A stretch of DNA of 32,000 nt. Origin: Mycolicibacterium smegmatis (GTDB lineage: Bacteria > Actinomycetota > Actinomycetes > Mycobacteriales > Mycobacteriaceae). Where the stretch lies: positions 2,190,001-2,222,000 of the forward strand of contig NZ_LN831039.1 of the NCBI RefSeq assembly GCF_001457595.1, written 5' to 3'. Under the pieces are notes generated by a model. That model was given only the letters and a program-made list of their open reading frames with translations, ran no database searches and was not told the DNA's origin. Below, in pieces: positions 22,903 through 31,420 of this stretch. The position numbers were made by a program, and so were the translations under genes. Numbering within the stretch: the stretch's first letter is position 1; each line of letters opens with the position of its first letter.

Positions 22903-22961
22903 TCCTCTTCGCGCAAGCGCTCATCAGCCGTGGTTTCCTCTTCGCGCAAGCGCTCATCAGC
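22903..22961. repeat. Two direct copies of a 26-bp repeat, 33-bp period, spanning the nuoD stop / nuoE upstream spacer
   Basis: TCCTCTTCGCGCAAGCGCTCATCAGC at 22903-22928 and 22936-22961, identical. Confidence 0.95.
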
Positions 22962-24285
22962 GGTCCACTCCGCCCATCACAGGGTCGATCGAGGCCACCG
23001 CGGCGATCGCGTCGGCCACCATGCCGCCCTCGCACATCGCCGCCACCGCTTGCAGATTGGTGAAGGACGGATCGCGGTAGTGCACGCGGTAGGGCCGGGT
23101 GCCGCCGTCGGAGACCATGTGCACGCCGAGTTCACCTCGCGGGGATTCGACGGCGACGTACACCTGCCCCGGTGGTACGCGGATGCCTTCGGTGACGAGC
23201 TTGAAGTGGTGGATCAGGCCCTCCATCGAGTGGCCCATGATCTTGGCGATGTGCTCGGGCGAGTTGCCCAGGCCGTCGGGCCCCAATTTGAGATCGGCCG
23301 GCCACGCCAGTTTCTTGTCGCTGATCATCACCGGCCCGGGCTTCAGCTTTTCCAGGCACTGTTCGACGATCTTCACCGACTCGTGCATCTCCTTGACCCG
23401 GATGATGTACCGGCCGTAGGAGTCGCAACGGTCGTCGGTGATGACGTCGAATTCGTAGTTCTCGTAACCGCAGTACGGCTGTGCCTTGCGCAGATCGTGC
23501 GGCAGACCGGTGGACCGCAGGATCGGACCGGTGATGCCCAGCGCCATACAGCCGGTGAGATCCAGGTAGCCGACCCCGACCGTGCGGGCCTTCCAGATGT
23601 AGTTCTCGTTGAGCAGATCTTCCAGATCCTTGAGGCGTTTCGGCAGGATCTCGACCAGCCTGCGCACCTGCGTGATCGCGTCGTCGGGCAGGTCGGCGGC
23701 CAGACCGCCGGGACGGATGTAGGCATGGTTCATCCGCAGACCGGTGATCGACTCGAAGACCCGCAGGATCTCCTCGCGTTCACGGAAGCCGTAGAACATG
23801 GCGCTCATCGCGCCCAGTTCCATCCCGCCGGTGGCCAGCGCCACCAGATGCGAGGAGATCCGGTTGAGTTCCATGAGCATCACGCGGATCACGCTGGCGC
23901 GCTCGGGGATGTCGTCGGTGATCCCCAGCAGTTTCTCCACGCCCAGGCAGTACGCCGTCTCGTTGAAAAACGGTGACAGGTAGTCCATCCGGGTGACGAA
24001 CGTGACGCCCTGCGTCCAGTTGCGGTACTCGAGGTTCTTCTCGATGCCGGTGTGCAGGTAGCCGATACCGCACCGGGCCTCGGTGATGATCTCGCCCTCG
24101 ATCTCCAGGATCAGCCGCAGCACTCCGTGGGTGGACGGATGCTGCGGGCCCATGTTGACCACGATCCGTTCGCCGGCCTGCGCCGCCGCGCCTGCCCGCG
24201 CGGCGGCGACCACCTCGTGCCAGTCGTTGCCGCCGACGACGACAACCTTCTCCCCGCCGTCGGGCGGGACCGTCGATGTACTCAT
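22957..24285 (-). CDS. nuoD: NADH-quinone oxidoreductase subunit D
   Basis: [75 protein letters not shown]...; ATG at 24285. Confidence 0.97.
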   Translation of the reverse strand: MSTSTVPPDGGEKVVVVGGNDWHEVVAAARAGAAAQAGERIVVNMGPQHPSTHGVLRLILEIEGEIITEARCGIGYLHTGIEKNLEYRNWTQGVTFVTRMDYLSPFFNETAYCLGVEKLLGITDDIPERASVIRVMLMELNRISSHLVALATGGMELGAMSAMFYGFREREEILRVFESITGLRMNHAYIRPGGLAADLPDDAITQVRRLVEILPKRLKDLEDLLNENYIWKARTVGVGYLDLTGCMALGITGPILRSTGLPHDLRKAQPYCGYENYEFDVITDDRCDSYGRYIIRVKEMHESVKIVEQCLEKLKPGPVMISDKKLAWPADLKLGPDGLGNSPEHIAKIMGHSMEGLIHHFKLVTEGIRVPPGQVYVAVESPRGELGVHMVSDGGTRPYRVHYRDPSFTNLQAVAAMCEGGMVADAIAAVASIDPVMGGVDR

Positions 24286-25001
24286 CAGCTGTAGGACCTC
24301 CGCTGATCGGGCGGTGGGATCTGGGCGCCGTGGTATTCCACCGGAATACCGCCCAGCGGATAGTCTTTGCGCTGCGGGTGGCCTTCCCAGTCGTCGGGCA
24401 TCTCGATACGTGTCAGCGACGGATGCCCGTCGAAGATGATCCCGAAGAAGTCGTAGGTCTCCCGCTCGTGCCAGTCGGTGGTGGGGTAGACGGCGTACAA
24501 CGACGGGATGTGCGGATCGGCATCCGGCGCCGCGGCCTCCAGCTGGAGGCGGCGGTTGTGGGTGATCGACATCAGCGGGTACACGGCGTGCAACTCGCGT
24601 CCGGTGTCCTCGGGGTAGTGCACGCCGCTGACACCCAGGCACAGTTCGAAGCGCAGGTCCGGATCGTCGCGCAATACGCTTGCCACCGCGGGCAGTTGCA
24701 CGCGCGAGACCTCGATGGTCAGCTGGTCGCGGTACACCACGACGCGTTCGATCGACATCGCGTACCGTTCCTCGCCGAGCACCTCGGCCAGCCGGTCCAT
24801 CACGGCGTCGAAATAACCCCCGTACGGCTGCGGTGTGCTGCCGGGCAGTGCGACCGGACGCACCAGACGCCCGTATCCGGACGTGTCGCCGGTGTCCCGG
24901 TTGCCGAACATCCCGCGGCGTACCGCGATGATCTCCGGGTCGTCACCGCGGGGCAGGCCGGCGCCGTTGGTGCCGTTGGCGGATCCGTTGGAGGTGCTCA
25001 C
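24285..25001 (-). CDS. nuoC: NADH-quinone oxidoreductase subunit C
   Basis: [13 protein letters not shown]...[45 protein letters not shown]; [20 protein letters not shown]; GTG at 25001. Confidence 0.95.
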   Translation of the reverse strand: MSTSNGSANGTNGAGLPRGDDPEIIAVRRGMFGNRDTGDTSGYGRLVRPVALPGSTPQPYGGYFDAVMDRLAEVLGEERYAMSIERVVVYRDQLTIEVSRVQLPAVASVLRDDPDLRFELCLGVSGVHYPEDTGRELHAVYPLMSITHNRRLQLEAAAPDADPHIPSLYAVYPTTDWHERETYDFFGIIFDGHPSLTRIEMPDDWEGHPQRKDYPLGGIPVEYHGAQIPPPDQRRSYS

Positions 25002-25552
25002 CGCAACAGCCCCTTGAGTTCGATGGTGGGCGGTACGGCCAGGGCGGCCTGTTCGGCCTCCCGGATGGCCTCCTCGCGGTTCACCCCGAGCGGCATCTGC
25101 TGAATCTTGTCGTGCAGCTTGAGAATTGCGTGCAGCAGCATCTCGGGGCGTGGTGGGCACCCGGGCAGGTAGATGTCGACGGGCACCACGTGGTCGACAC
25201 CCTGCACCACCGCGTAGTTGTTGAACATGCCACCGGAGGATGCGCAGACCCCCATGGCCAGCACCCATTTCGGTTCGACCATCTGGTCGTAGATCTGGCG
25301 CAGCACCGGGGCCATCTTCTGGCTGACGCGGCCCGCGACGATCATCAGATCGGCCTGCCGCGGTGTCGCGGAGAACCGCTCCATGCCGAACCGGGCAATG
25401 TCGAAGCGCGGTCCGGCCGTTGACATCATCTCGATCGCGCAGCAGGCCAGACCGAACGTCGCGGGCCACAGCGAACCTTTGCGGACATATCCGGCAACCG
25501 TCTCGACCGTCGACAGCAGGATTCCGCCGGGCAGACGTTCTTCTAGTCCCAA
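24998..25552 (-). CDS. nuoB: NADH-quinone oxidoreductase subunit B
   Basis: [65 protein letters not shown]...[10 protein letters not shown]...[14 protein letters not shown]; probable TTG start at 25552 overlapping nuoA. Confidence 0.95.
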
Positions 25553-25911
25553 TTCAGGCCCCCTCGCCGCCAGACATAGGCGTATGCCACGAACACCGTG
25601 AGCATGAACAGCAGCATCTCGATCACCGCGAACAGTCCCAGGCTGTCGAAGGCCACCGCCCACGGGTACAGGAAGACGATCTCGATGTCGAAGACGATGA
25701 ACAACATCGCGATCAGGTAGTACCGGATCGGTATGCGCTGGCCGGTCAGGCCCGCGGCGACGGGCGGCAGGGGGTCGATGCCGCATTCGTAGGCTTCGAG
25801 TTTCGACCGGTTGAAGCGCCGTGGGCCGATCACGAGGGCGATCCCCACGGATACCACGGCGAAAACGGCCGCGATCGCCCCCAGAATGAGGATTGGCGTG
25901 TACAGAGCCAT
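25543..25911 (-). CDS. nuoA: NADH-quinone oxidoreductase subunit A
   Basis: [50 protein letters not shown]...[30 protein letters not shown]. Confidence 0.96.
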
Positions 25912-25997
25912 ACGCGCGACGCTCCCTAAGGTGGGCTGTCCATGTGAGCTAACCCACAGCCTAGCGAGCTTTGCGGCCTGTGCCACACATTTTGGTT

Positions 25998-26027
25998 AGT
26001 ATCGTTTCGTAACGGGGCAGCGGACAA
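25998..26027 (-). promoter_or_regulatory. Candidate sigma-A-like promoter for the nuo operon
   Basis: Minus strand TTGTCC (26027-26022) - 18 nt - GATACT (26003-25998), 4/6 matches to each consensus box, in the 184-bp gap upstream of nuoA. Confidence 0.3.
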
Positions 26028-26095
26028 CTGCCGCTGTAGCCGTGCCGCCAACCATCAACGGCGGCAGCGTGATTCGCGGGAAGTTTCGCTGAGAA

Positions 26096-26494
26096 CTACT
26101 GGGCCGGCGCCCGCAGCAGCGACACGACGGCGTCGCTCAGCCGGATCGGGTCGATCGGGTGCGGGACGGCCGCCTCGGCGCGTGACCACTTGGCCAACCA
26201 GGCGTCGTCGGCCCGGCCGGTGAGCACCAGGATCGGCGGGCAGTCGTCGATTTCGTCCTTGACCTGCTTGGCGACGCCCATCCCGCCGGCCGGGGTGGCC
26301 TCGCCGTCGAGGATCGCCAGATCGAACCCGCCCGCGTCCATCTGCGAGATCGCCATGGGCGCCGTCGCGACGTCGACATACTCGATCTCGGGAAGTTCCG
26401 GGTGGATCCGTTTGCCCAACGCGAGCCGCACCTGCTCACGGGTGCGCGGATTGTCGCTGTACACAAGGATGCGCAGCGGCGCGGAGCCGGCCAT
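26096..26494 (-). CDS. Orphan, atypical receiver-domain (response regulator-like) protein; no output domain
   Basis: PLRILVYSDNPRTREQVRLAL...GGFDLAILDGEATPAGGMGVAKQVKDEIDDCPPILVLTGRADDAWLAKWSRAEAAVPHPIDPIRLSDAVVSLLR; 132 aa receiver fold; same position as the response regulator upstream of nuoA in M. tuberculosis. Confidence 0.82.
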   Translation of the reverse strand: MAGSAPLRILVYSDNPRTREQVRLALGKRIHPELPEIEYVDVATAPMAISQMDAGGFDLAILDGEATPAGGMGVAKQVKDEIDDCPPILVLTGRADDAWLAKWSRAEAAVPHPIDPIRLSDAVVSLLRAPAQ

Positions 26495-26557
26495 ACGGCG
26501 ATGCTACTGCCTTCTGCGGGGTGCGACGGAGAAGTCGGTGAATTCTCTTGCGCCGCT

Positions 26558-27076
26558 TCAGCCCCGGGTGAACACCAGATCCGCCGCGACGTCGGTGGAC
26601 GTTCCCACCATGCCGACCATGTTGCCCGACACGCCGAAATCGCGCCGGTCCAGCGTGCACCCGCCCGACACCCGCAGGCTGCCGTCGTCGAGGACCTCCA
26701 CGCCGACGGACAGGCGCAGCGGCCGCGAGGTGCCCCGTACGGTCAGCGTCAGGTCCAGCAGCGCGCCGTTTCCCGACGGTTGCGCGCCGCTGACCTCTGC
26801 GGTGATCTCAGGGTGGGTTGCGGCGTCGAAGAAGTCGGCCGACCGCAGGTGCTCGTCGCGTTTGCCGATGCCCGTGCGCACCGACGCGACGGGTATCACG
26901 ACGCGGCCGGTCACACCGTCGTCGGCGATCGTCCCCGAACCGCTGACCTCGGTGAACGTGCCGTTGACCGGTATCAGCCCCCACATCGTCCTGGTGCGGA
27001 ACCGCACCATGGACCGGGCGGGAGCCAGTGTCCAGTTGCCGGTGCTCGCGGTGAGAAGGGTCTGCAGAGTGGTCAT
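26558..27076 (-). CDS. YceI-family protein (lipocalin-like polyisoprenoid-binding)
   Basis: NWTLAPARSMVRFRTRTMWGLIPVNGTFTEVSGSGTIADDGVTGRVVIPVASVRTGIGKRDEHLRSADFFDAATHPEITAEVS. Confidence 0.85.
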   Translation of the reverse strand: MTTLQTLLTASTGNWTLAPARSMVRFRTRTMWGLIPVNGTFTEVSGSGTIADDGVTGRVVIPVASVRTGIGKRDEHLRSADFFDAATHPEITAEVSGAQPSGNGALLDLTLTVRGTSRPLRLSVGVEVLDDGSLRVSGGCTLDRRDFGVSGNMVGMVGTSTDVAADLVFTRG

Positions 27077-27107
27077 GGCGCCTCCGATCCGACGAGATCC
27101 GGTGAGA

Positions 27108-27509
27108 TCAGCTTCCCACCTGGTTCAGCAGCGGTGCGATGTCTTCGGGGTCGAAGTATTCGTCGACGCGGGTGATCAGGCCGTCGGCGCCCACCTTGAT
27201 GACGATGCAGACCCGCAGGTCGATCCGTGCGCCGTCGCGGCCGGTGGCATGCACGATGTGCTGCTGTACGAATCCGCCGTCGAAGAACTGCCGTTCCAGG
27301 ATCTCGTAGCGCCGCTGCGCGGTGGCATCGACGAACCAGTCGATGACGCGCAGCGCTCGGGCGCGCTCGTTGTCCCTGGGGTCACCGGAATGCCACACCC
27401 TGACGTCCTCGGACCACAGGGCGGCGACCGCGGCGCGGTCGCTGCGCTCGATCGCGCCGAACAAGCGGTTCGCGACATCGTCCAACTGGTCGACATCGAT
27501 CACGGGCAT
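27108..27509 (-). CDS. SnoaL-like / NTF2-fold polyketide cyclase-type protein
   Basis: MPVIDVDQLDDVANRLFGAIERSDRAAVAALWSEDVRVWHSGDP...HATGRDGARIDLRVCIVIKVGADGLITRVDEYFDPEDIAPL. Confidence 0.75.
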   Translation of the reverse strand: MPVIDVDQLDDVANRLFGAIERSDRAAVAALWSEDVRVWHSGDPRDNERARALRVIDWFVDATAQRRYEILERQFFDGGFVQQHIVHATGRDGARIDLRVCIVIKVGADGLITRVDEYFDPEDIAPLLNQVGS

Positions 27510-27565
27510 CGATCCACCTTTCCGGGGCTTGACCTCAAGTGACATTCAGGTTGAAGACTGGGGGC

Positions 27566-28201
27566 ATGGACACGACACCGACACGCGAATTGTTCGACCA
27601 AGCCTACGAATCCCGCACCGCGCCCTGGGTGATCGGCGAGCCGCAACCGGCGGTCATCGAGTTGGAGCGCGCAGGTTCGATCCGCAGCCAGGTGCTCGAC
27701 GTGGGTTGCGGCGCCGGGGAACACACGATCCTGCTGACGCGTCTGGGGTATGACGTCCTCGGCATCGACTTCTCGCCGCAGGCCATCGAGATGGCGCGCG
27801 AGAACGCCACGCGCCAGGCCGTCGACGCCCGGTTCGCGGTCGGTGACGCGATGGCTCTCGGTGACCTCGGTGACGGGGCCTACGACACGATTCTCGACAG
27901 CGCGCTGTTCCACATCTTCGACGACGCCGACCGGCGAACCTATGTCGCGAGCCTGCACGCGGGCTGCCGGCCGGGTGGCACGGTCCACATCCTGGCGCTC
28001 TCGGATGCCGGCCGTGGATTCGGGCCCGAGGTCAGCGAAGAGCAGATCCGGCAGGCGTTCGGTGACGGCTGGGAACTGGAGGCGCTCGCGACGACCACCT
28101 ACCGGGGCGTGGTGGGCCCGGCGCACGCCGAGGCCATCGGACTGCCGGTGGACACGCAGGTCGACGAACCCGCGTGGCTGGCGCGGGCACGTCGGCTCTG
28201 A
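27566..28201 (+). CDS. Class I SAM-dependent methyltransferase
   Basis: VLDVGCGAGEHTILLTRLGYDVLGIDFSPQAIEMARENA...GDLGDGAYDTILDSALFHIF; ATG at 27566. Confidence 0.86.
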   Translation: MDTTPTRELFDQAYESRTAPWVIGEPQPAVIELERAGSIRSQVLDVGCGAGEHTILLTRLGYDVLGIDFSPQAIEMARENATRQAVDARFAVGDAMALGDLGDGAYDTILDSALFHIFDDADRRTYVASLHAGCRPGGTVHILALSDAGRGFGPEVSEEQIRQAFGDGWELEALATTTYRGVVGPAHAEAIGLPVDTQVDEPAWLARARRL

Positions 28202-28208
28202 GCCGCTC

Positions 28209-28565
28209 CTACGGCGTGTCATAACCCGGGTGGGCCACGTCGAGACGGCGTTTCACCAACGCCCGCAGGCACGCGGTCACCTCGTCGGGACGGTCGTCGA
28301 GGTCACCGGCGCGGATCGCGGCGGCGAGCGCGGTCTCGTCGTCGAATCCGAGTCGGTGCACCGCTTCCAACACCTCGGCCGGATGATCGGCGAGCAGTTC
28401 ACGTTCGACCATCCGCAGCGCATTGGCCGCGACCCTGGCGTGAAAGTTCACCGCTCCCGCGCTCGCACCTGCGTCCTTTGTCGCGGCGCGGACATCGGTG
28501 TCGAGGAACTCGGCGACCGCGGCCACCAGTTCGGCCGCGGTCGGGCGGCCGTACAGACCGGTCAT
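28209..28565 (-). CDS. Small conserved protein, DUF6285-like (candidate LvaB-type kinase partner)
   Basis: MTGLYGRPTAAELVAAVAEFLDTDVRAATKDAGASAGAVNFHARVAANALRMVERELLADHPAE; ATG overlaps the kinase stop (ATGA). Confidence 0.65.
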   Translation of the reverse strand: MTGLYGRPTAAELVAAVAEFLDTDVRAATKDAGASAGAVNFHARVAANALRMVERELLADHPAEVLEAVHRLGFDDETALAAAIRAGDLDDRPDEVTACLRALVKRRLDVAHPGYDTP

Positions 28566-29551
28566 GACGGGCTCCCGTCCAGCAACGTCAAGATGTCCCA
28601 CTCGGTTTCACAGACCCGGCGACCGATGGTCGCCAGTTCCACCGAGCGCGTCTGACCGCTCAGATGCCGCTCGGCCTGATACCGGCAGATGACGCCCCAG
28701 CGCAACGTCGCGAGCACGAGCCACCACCGGATCGCGTCGCGGTCGAGCGTCATCCCACCGGCGTCCTCGTAGGCGGTCAGGAAGTTCTCGATGCTGCCGA
28801 GTCCACCCGCCGCGTGGCTCTCGGTGGCGCCGAAACGCCACGCGCGGATGCAGAACCACGCGAGGTCCTCGTAGACCTCGCCGATGTGCACCAGTTCCCA
28901 GTCCAGCACCGCGGCCAGGTCCGAACCGTCCACGATGAGGTTGCCCATGCGGAAATCGCCGTGTATCAACCGCGGTGGTGACGCGGGCGGCCGGTTGGCG
29001 GCCAGCCACCGGAACGCCCACTCGAAAGTCGCGGTGGTGTCGCCCATCTCGTCGAGCTGGTCACGCCACTGACCCACCTGGTCCAGTTCGGTCAGGCCGA
29101 TGTCGGTGGGCGGTTCGGCGCGGTGGATCGCGGCCAGCGCCTGCGCGCACTGCGTGAGCAGTTTCGCCCGCCCCGCAGCGTCGAGCTGCCGCTGGATCCG
29201 GCGCACGATGGTCTCGCCGGGGATGAAGTCGCATACGAGATACGGGTTGCCCAGCGCCGCAGTGGAATTGTCGGCGACGAGCACGTGGGGGACAGGCGCA
29301 CCCGCCGCGGCGGCCGCGCGCTGCGCACCGGCCTCCAGCTCCATCCCGGCGTGCACCTCGTCGGGTGGGCCGGTGCGCAGGATCAAGGCCCGCCGCTGCG
29401 AGGCGGTCACCGCCTCGAACGACCACGTGGTGCGGCTCGCACCGCCGGTCAGCTCGCGCAGGTTCTCCACGCTCACCCCGGCACCGACCACCGGGGCGAG
29501 GACGTCGACCAGCCCGCCGGTCAAACTCGCGGGGTCTCGCGTCTCGGTCAC
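28562..29551 (-). CDS. APH-family phosphotransferase (candidate LvaA / ACAD10-11 kinase-domain-like)
   Basis: ENLRELTGGASRTTWSFEA...PPRLIHGDFRMGNLIVDGSDLAAVLDWELVHIGEVYEDLAWFCIRAWRFG; GTG start in overlap with ACAD stop. Confidence 0.82.
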   Translation of the reverse strand: MTETRDPASLTGGLVDVLAPVVGAGVSVENLRELTGGASRTTWSFEAVTASQRRALILRTGPPDEVHAGMELEAGAQRAAAAAGAPVPHVLVADNSTAALGNPYLVCDFIPGETIVRRIQRQLDAAGRAKLLTQCAQALAAIHRAEPPTDIGLTELDQVGQWRDQLDEMGDTTATFEWAFRWLAANRPPASPPRLIHGDFRMGNLIVDGSDLAAVLDWELVHIGEVYEDLAWFCIRAWRFGATESHAAGGLGSIENFLTAYEDAGGMTLDRDAIRWWLVLATLRWGVICRYQAERHLSGQTRSVELATIGRRVCETEWDILTLLDGSPS

Positions 29552-30792
29552 TTCTTGGCCCTGCCGAACCCGAACAGCCGCTGGGCGACCCGGCGCATCT
29601 GGATCTCCTCGGCGCCTTCGGTGATGCGGTAGCGGCGGTGGTGGCGGTAGATGTGCTCGAACGGTTCGTGGCGGCTGTAACCGATGCCGCCGTGCACCTG
29701 CATGGCCCGGTCGGCGGCCTCACACACCAGTCGGTTGGCGCGGTAGTTGGCCATCGACACCTTGTCCGAGACCTCCATGTGGTGGTTGGCGTCGAGTTGC
29801 GTGGCGGCGTAATACACCAGCAGGCGCACCATCTGGGCCTCGGTCTGCAGTTCGACCAGCGGCCACTGCACGGCCTGGTTGACCGCGAGAGGTTTGCCGA
29901 ACACCTCGCGCTCACCGGCGTAGGTCACTGCGCGGTCGATGCAGTACTGCGCGGCGCCCAGGCTGCTGGCGGCCTGCCGAATCCGGTTCTCGTGCAGAAA
30001 CGTCTGGCCGACCTCCAGCCCGCGGTCGACCTCGCCGAGCACCGCGTCGGCCGGCACCCGCACGTTGGTCAACTCGACCTCGCCGTGGTCGGTGGGCATG
30101 TTGAAGGTCCACCAGTAGAACGGCACGTGGAACCCGGGGGCGTCGGTGGGGACCAGGAACGCCGTGATGCCGAGGGCCTGCCCCCGTTCCCCGGAGGTGC
30201 GGGCGAAGATCAGGTCATGCGTGGCGCGGTGCACGCCGGTGTTCCACCGTTTGGTGCCGTTGATGATCCAGTCCTCGCCGTCGCGCACCGCCGTGGTCTC
30301 CAGCCACGTGGCGTCCGAACCGTGCCCGGGTTCGGTGAGCCCGAACGCCATCGACCGCTTGCCGGTGATCATCGCCTCGACCCATTCGTCTTTCTGGGTC
30401 TCGGTGCCGAACCGGTCCATCATGATGACCTGGGGGAAATTGCCGACGATCGACGACTCGTCCTGCAGGTCGTTGTGCAGGCCGAGACCCTTGTGGGCCA
30501 GGTGTTCCCGGATGACCGCCATGTCGAGGTTGGTGCCGTCGCGGCCGCCGAACCGCGCGGGCAGGCCGTAGCGCAGCCACCCCGCGGCGTCGGCGCGCCT
30601 GCGCATCTCGTCGAGCAGTTCCTCCCACTCGCGCCGCGGGACGCCGCCGTTGTCCCAGTCGGTGCGCGCGTGCTCACGACGATGGTCGAAGTACTGGATG
30701 TTCTCGCGCTCCAGCGGCTTGATCTCCGCCTCGATGAACGCGTCCATCTCGGCGAGAGTGTCCCGAAGGTGTTCCGGGAGGGTGAAATCCAC
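29548..30792 (-). CDS. Acyl-CoA dehydrogenase family protein
   Basis: VDFTLPEHLRDTLAEMDAFIEAEIKPLE...AFGLTEPGHGSDATWLETTAVRDGEDWIINGTKRWNTG...YAGEREVFGKPLAVNQAVQW...ADRAMQVHGGIGYSRHEPFEHIYRHHRRYRITEGAEEIQMRRVAQRLFGF; GTG at 30792. Confidence 0.92.
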   Translation of the reverse strand: MDFTLPEHLRDTLAEMDAFIEAEIKPLERENIQYFDHRREHARTDWDNGGVPRREWEELLDEMRRRADAAGWLRYGLPARFGGRDGTNLDMAVIREHLAHKGLGLHNDLQDESSIVGNFPQVIMMDRFGTETQKDEWVEAMITGKRSMAFGLTEPGHGSDATWLETTAVRDGEDWIINGTKRWNTGVHRATHDLIFARTSGERGQALGITAFLVPTDAPGFHVPFYWWTFNMPTDHGEVELTNVRVPADAVLGEVDRGLEVGQTFLHENRIRQAASSLGAAQYCIDRAVTYAGEREVFGKPLAVNQAVQWPLVELQTEAQMVRLLVYYAATQLDANHHMEVSDKVSMANYRANRLVCEAADRAMQVHGGIGYSRHEPFEHIYRHHRRYRITEGAEEIQMRRVAQRLFGFGRAKK

Positions 30793-30802
30793 GTTGATCT
30801 CC

Positions 30803-31414
30803 TTAAAAGCCGTACAGGGTTTTCTTCCAGATCGTCGCGAGGGTCGTGATGGCTTCGCGGTCGTCGAGCTCGACACCGAGCCCGGATGACCCCACGAACA
30901 CCGTGGTGAAGTTCTCGAACAGCAATGCGATCGCCGCGCCGATGTGCTCGGGCACGAGTCCCACCGCGTGCCCCTGCTCCTGGGCACGGCGCACCGACGC
31001 CACCACGATGTCGATGCCGAAGCGGCGGAAACTGTTCTGCACCTCGGCGAACCGTTGCTGCGTGGCGGCCAGTTGGGCGACGGCGATCATGATGCCGATG
31101 TTCTGCTTGAACATGTTCCAGTACCCGGTGACCACCGAGGTGAAGAACTCCGCGTCGTCGGGGGAGTCCGGCAGGTGCAGGTTCAGCCCCGAGGGCTCGA
31201 CGACGTCGTGCAGGAACGATTCGGCCAGCGCGGCCAGCAGATCTTCCTTGTCGGTGAAGTAGCGGTAGAACACCGCGGGGCTTTTGCCCGCCGCCGAGGT
31301 GATGTCGGCCAGTGTGGTGCCGTGGAAACCGCGTTCGGCGAACAGCTTCCGCGCGGCCAACTCGATGGCCGTGCGCGTCTGGCGGCCTTTCGAGCCCAGC
31401 TCACCGGATGCCAT
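30803..31414 (-). CDS. TetR-family transcriptional regulator
   Basis: RTAIELAARKLFAERGFHGTTLADITSAAGKSPAVFYRYFTDKEDLLAALAESF = TetR HTH. Confidence 0.88.
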   Translation of the reverse strand: MASGELGSKGRQTRTAIELAARKLFAERGFHGTTLADITSAAGKSPAVFYRYFTDKEDLLAALAESFLHDVVEPSGLNLHLPDSPDDAEFFTSVVTGYWNMFKQNIGIMIAVAQLAATQQRFAEVQNSFRRFGIDIVVASVRRAQEQGHAVGLVPEHIGAAIALLFENFTTVFVGSSGLGVELDDREAITTLATIWKKTLYGF

Positions 31415-31420
31415 GTCGGC

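Noticed and set aside
22896-22949. N-terminal extension of NuoE ([18 protein letters not shown]) as real protein sequence
   Set aside because: It is encoded by the DNA repeat and starts only at a TTG; GTG at 22895 gives a more natural NuoE start. Kept as an alternative to test, not called.
22903-22961. CRISPR array interpretation of the tandem repeat
   Set aside because: Only two units, a 7-nt spacer, overlap with the nuoD stop codon, and no cas genes in the window.
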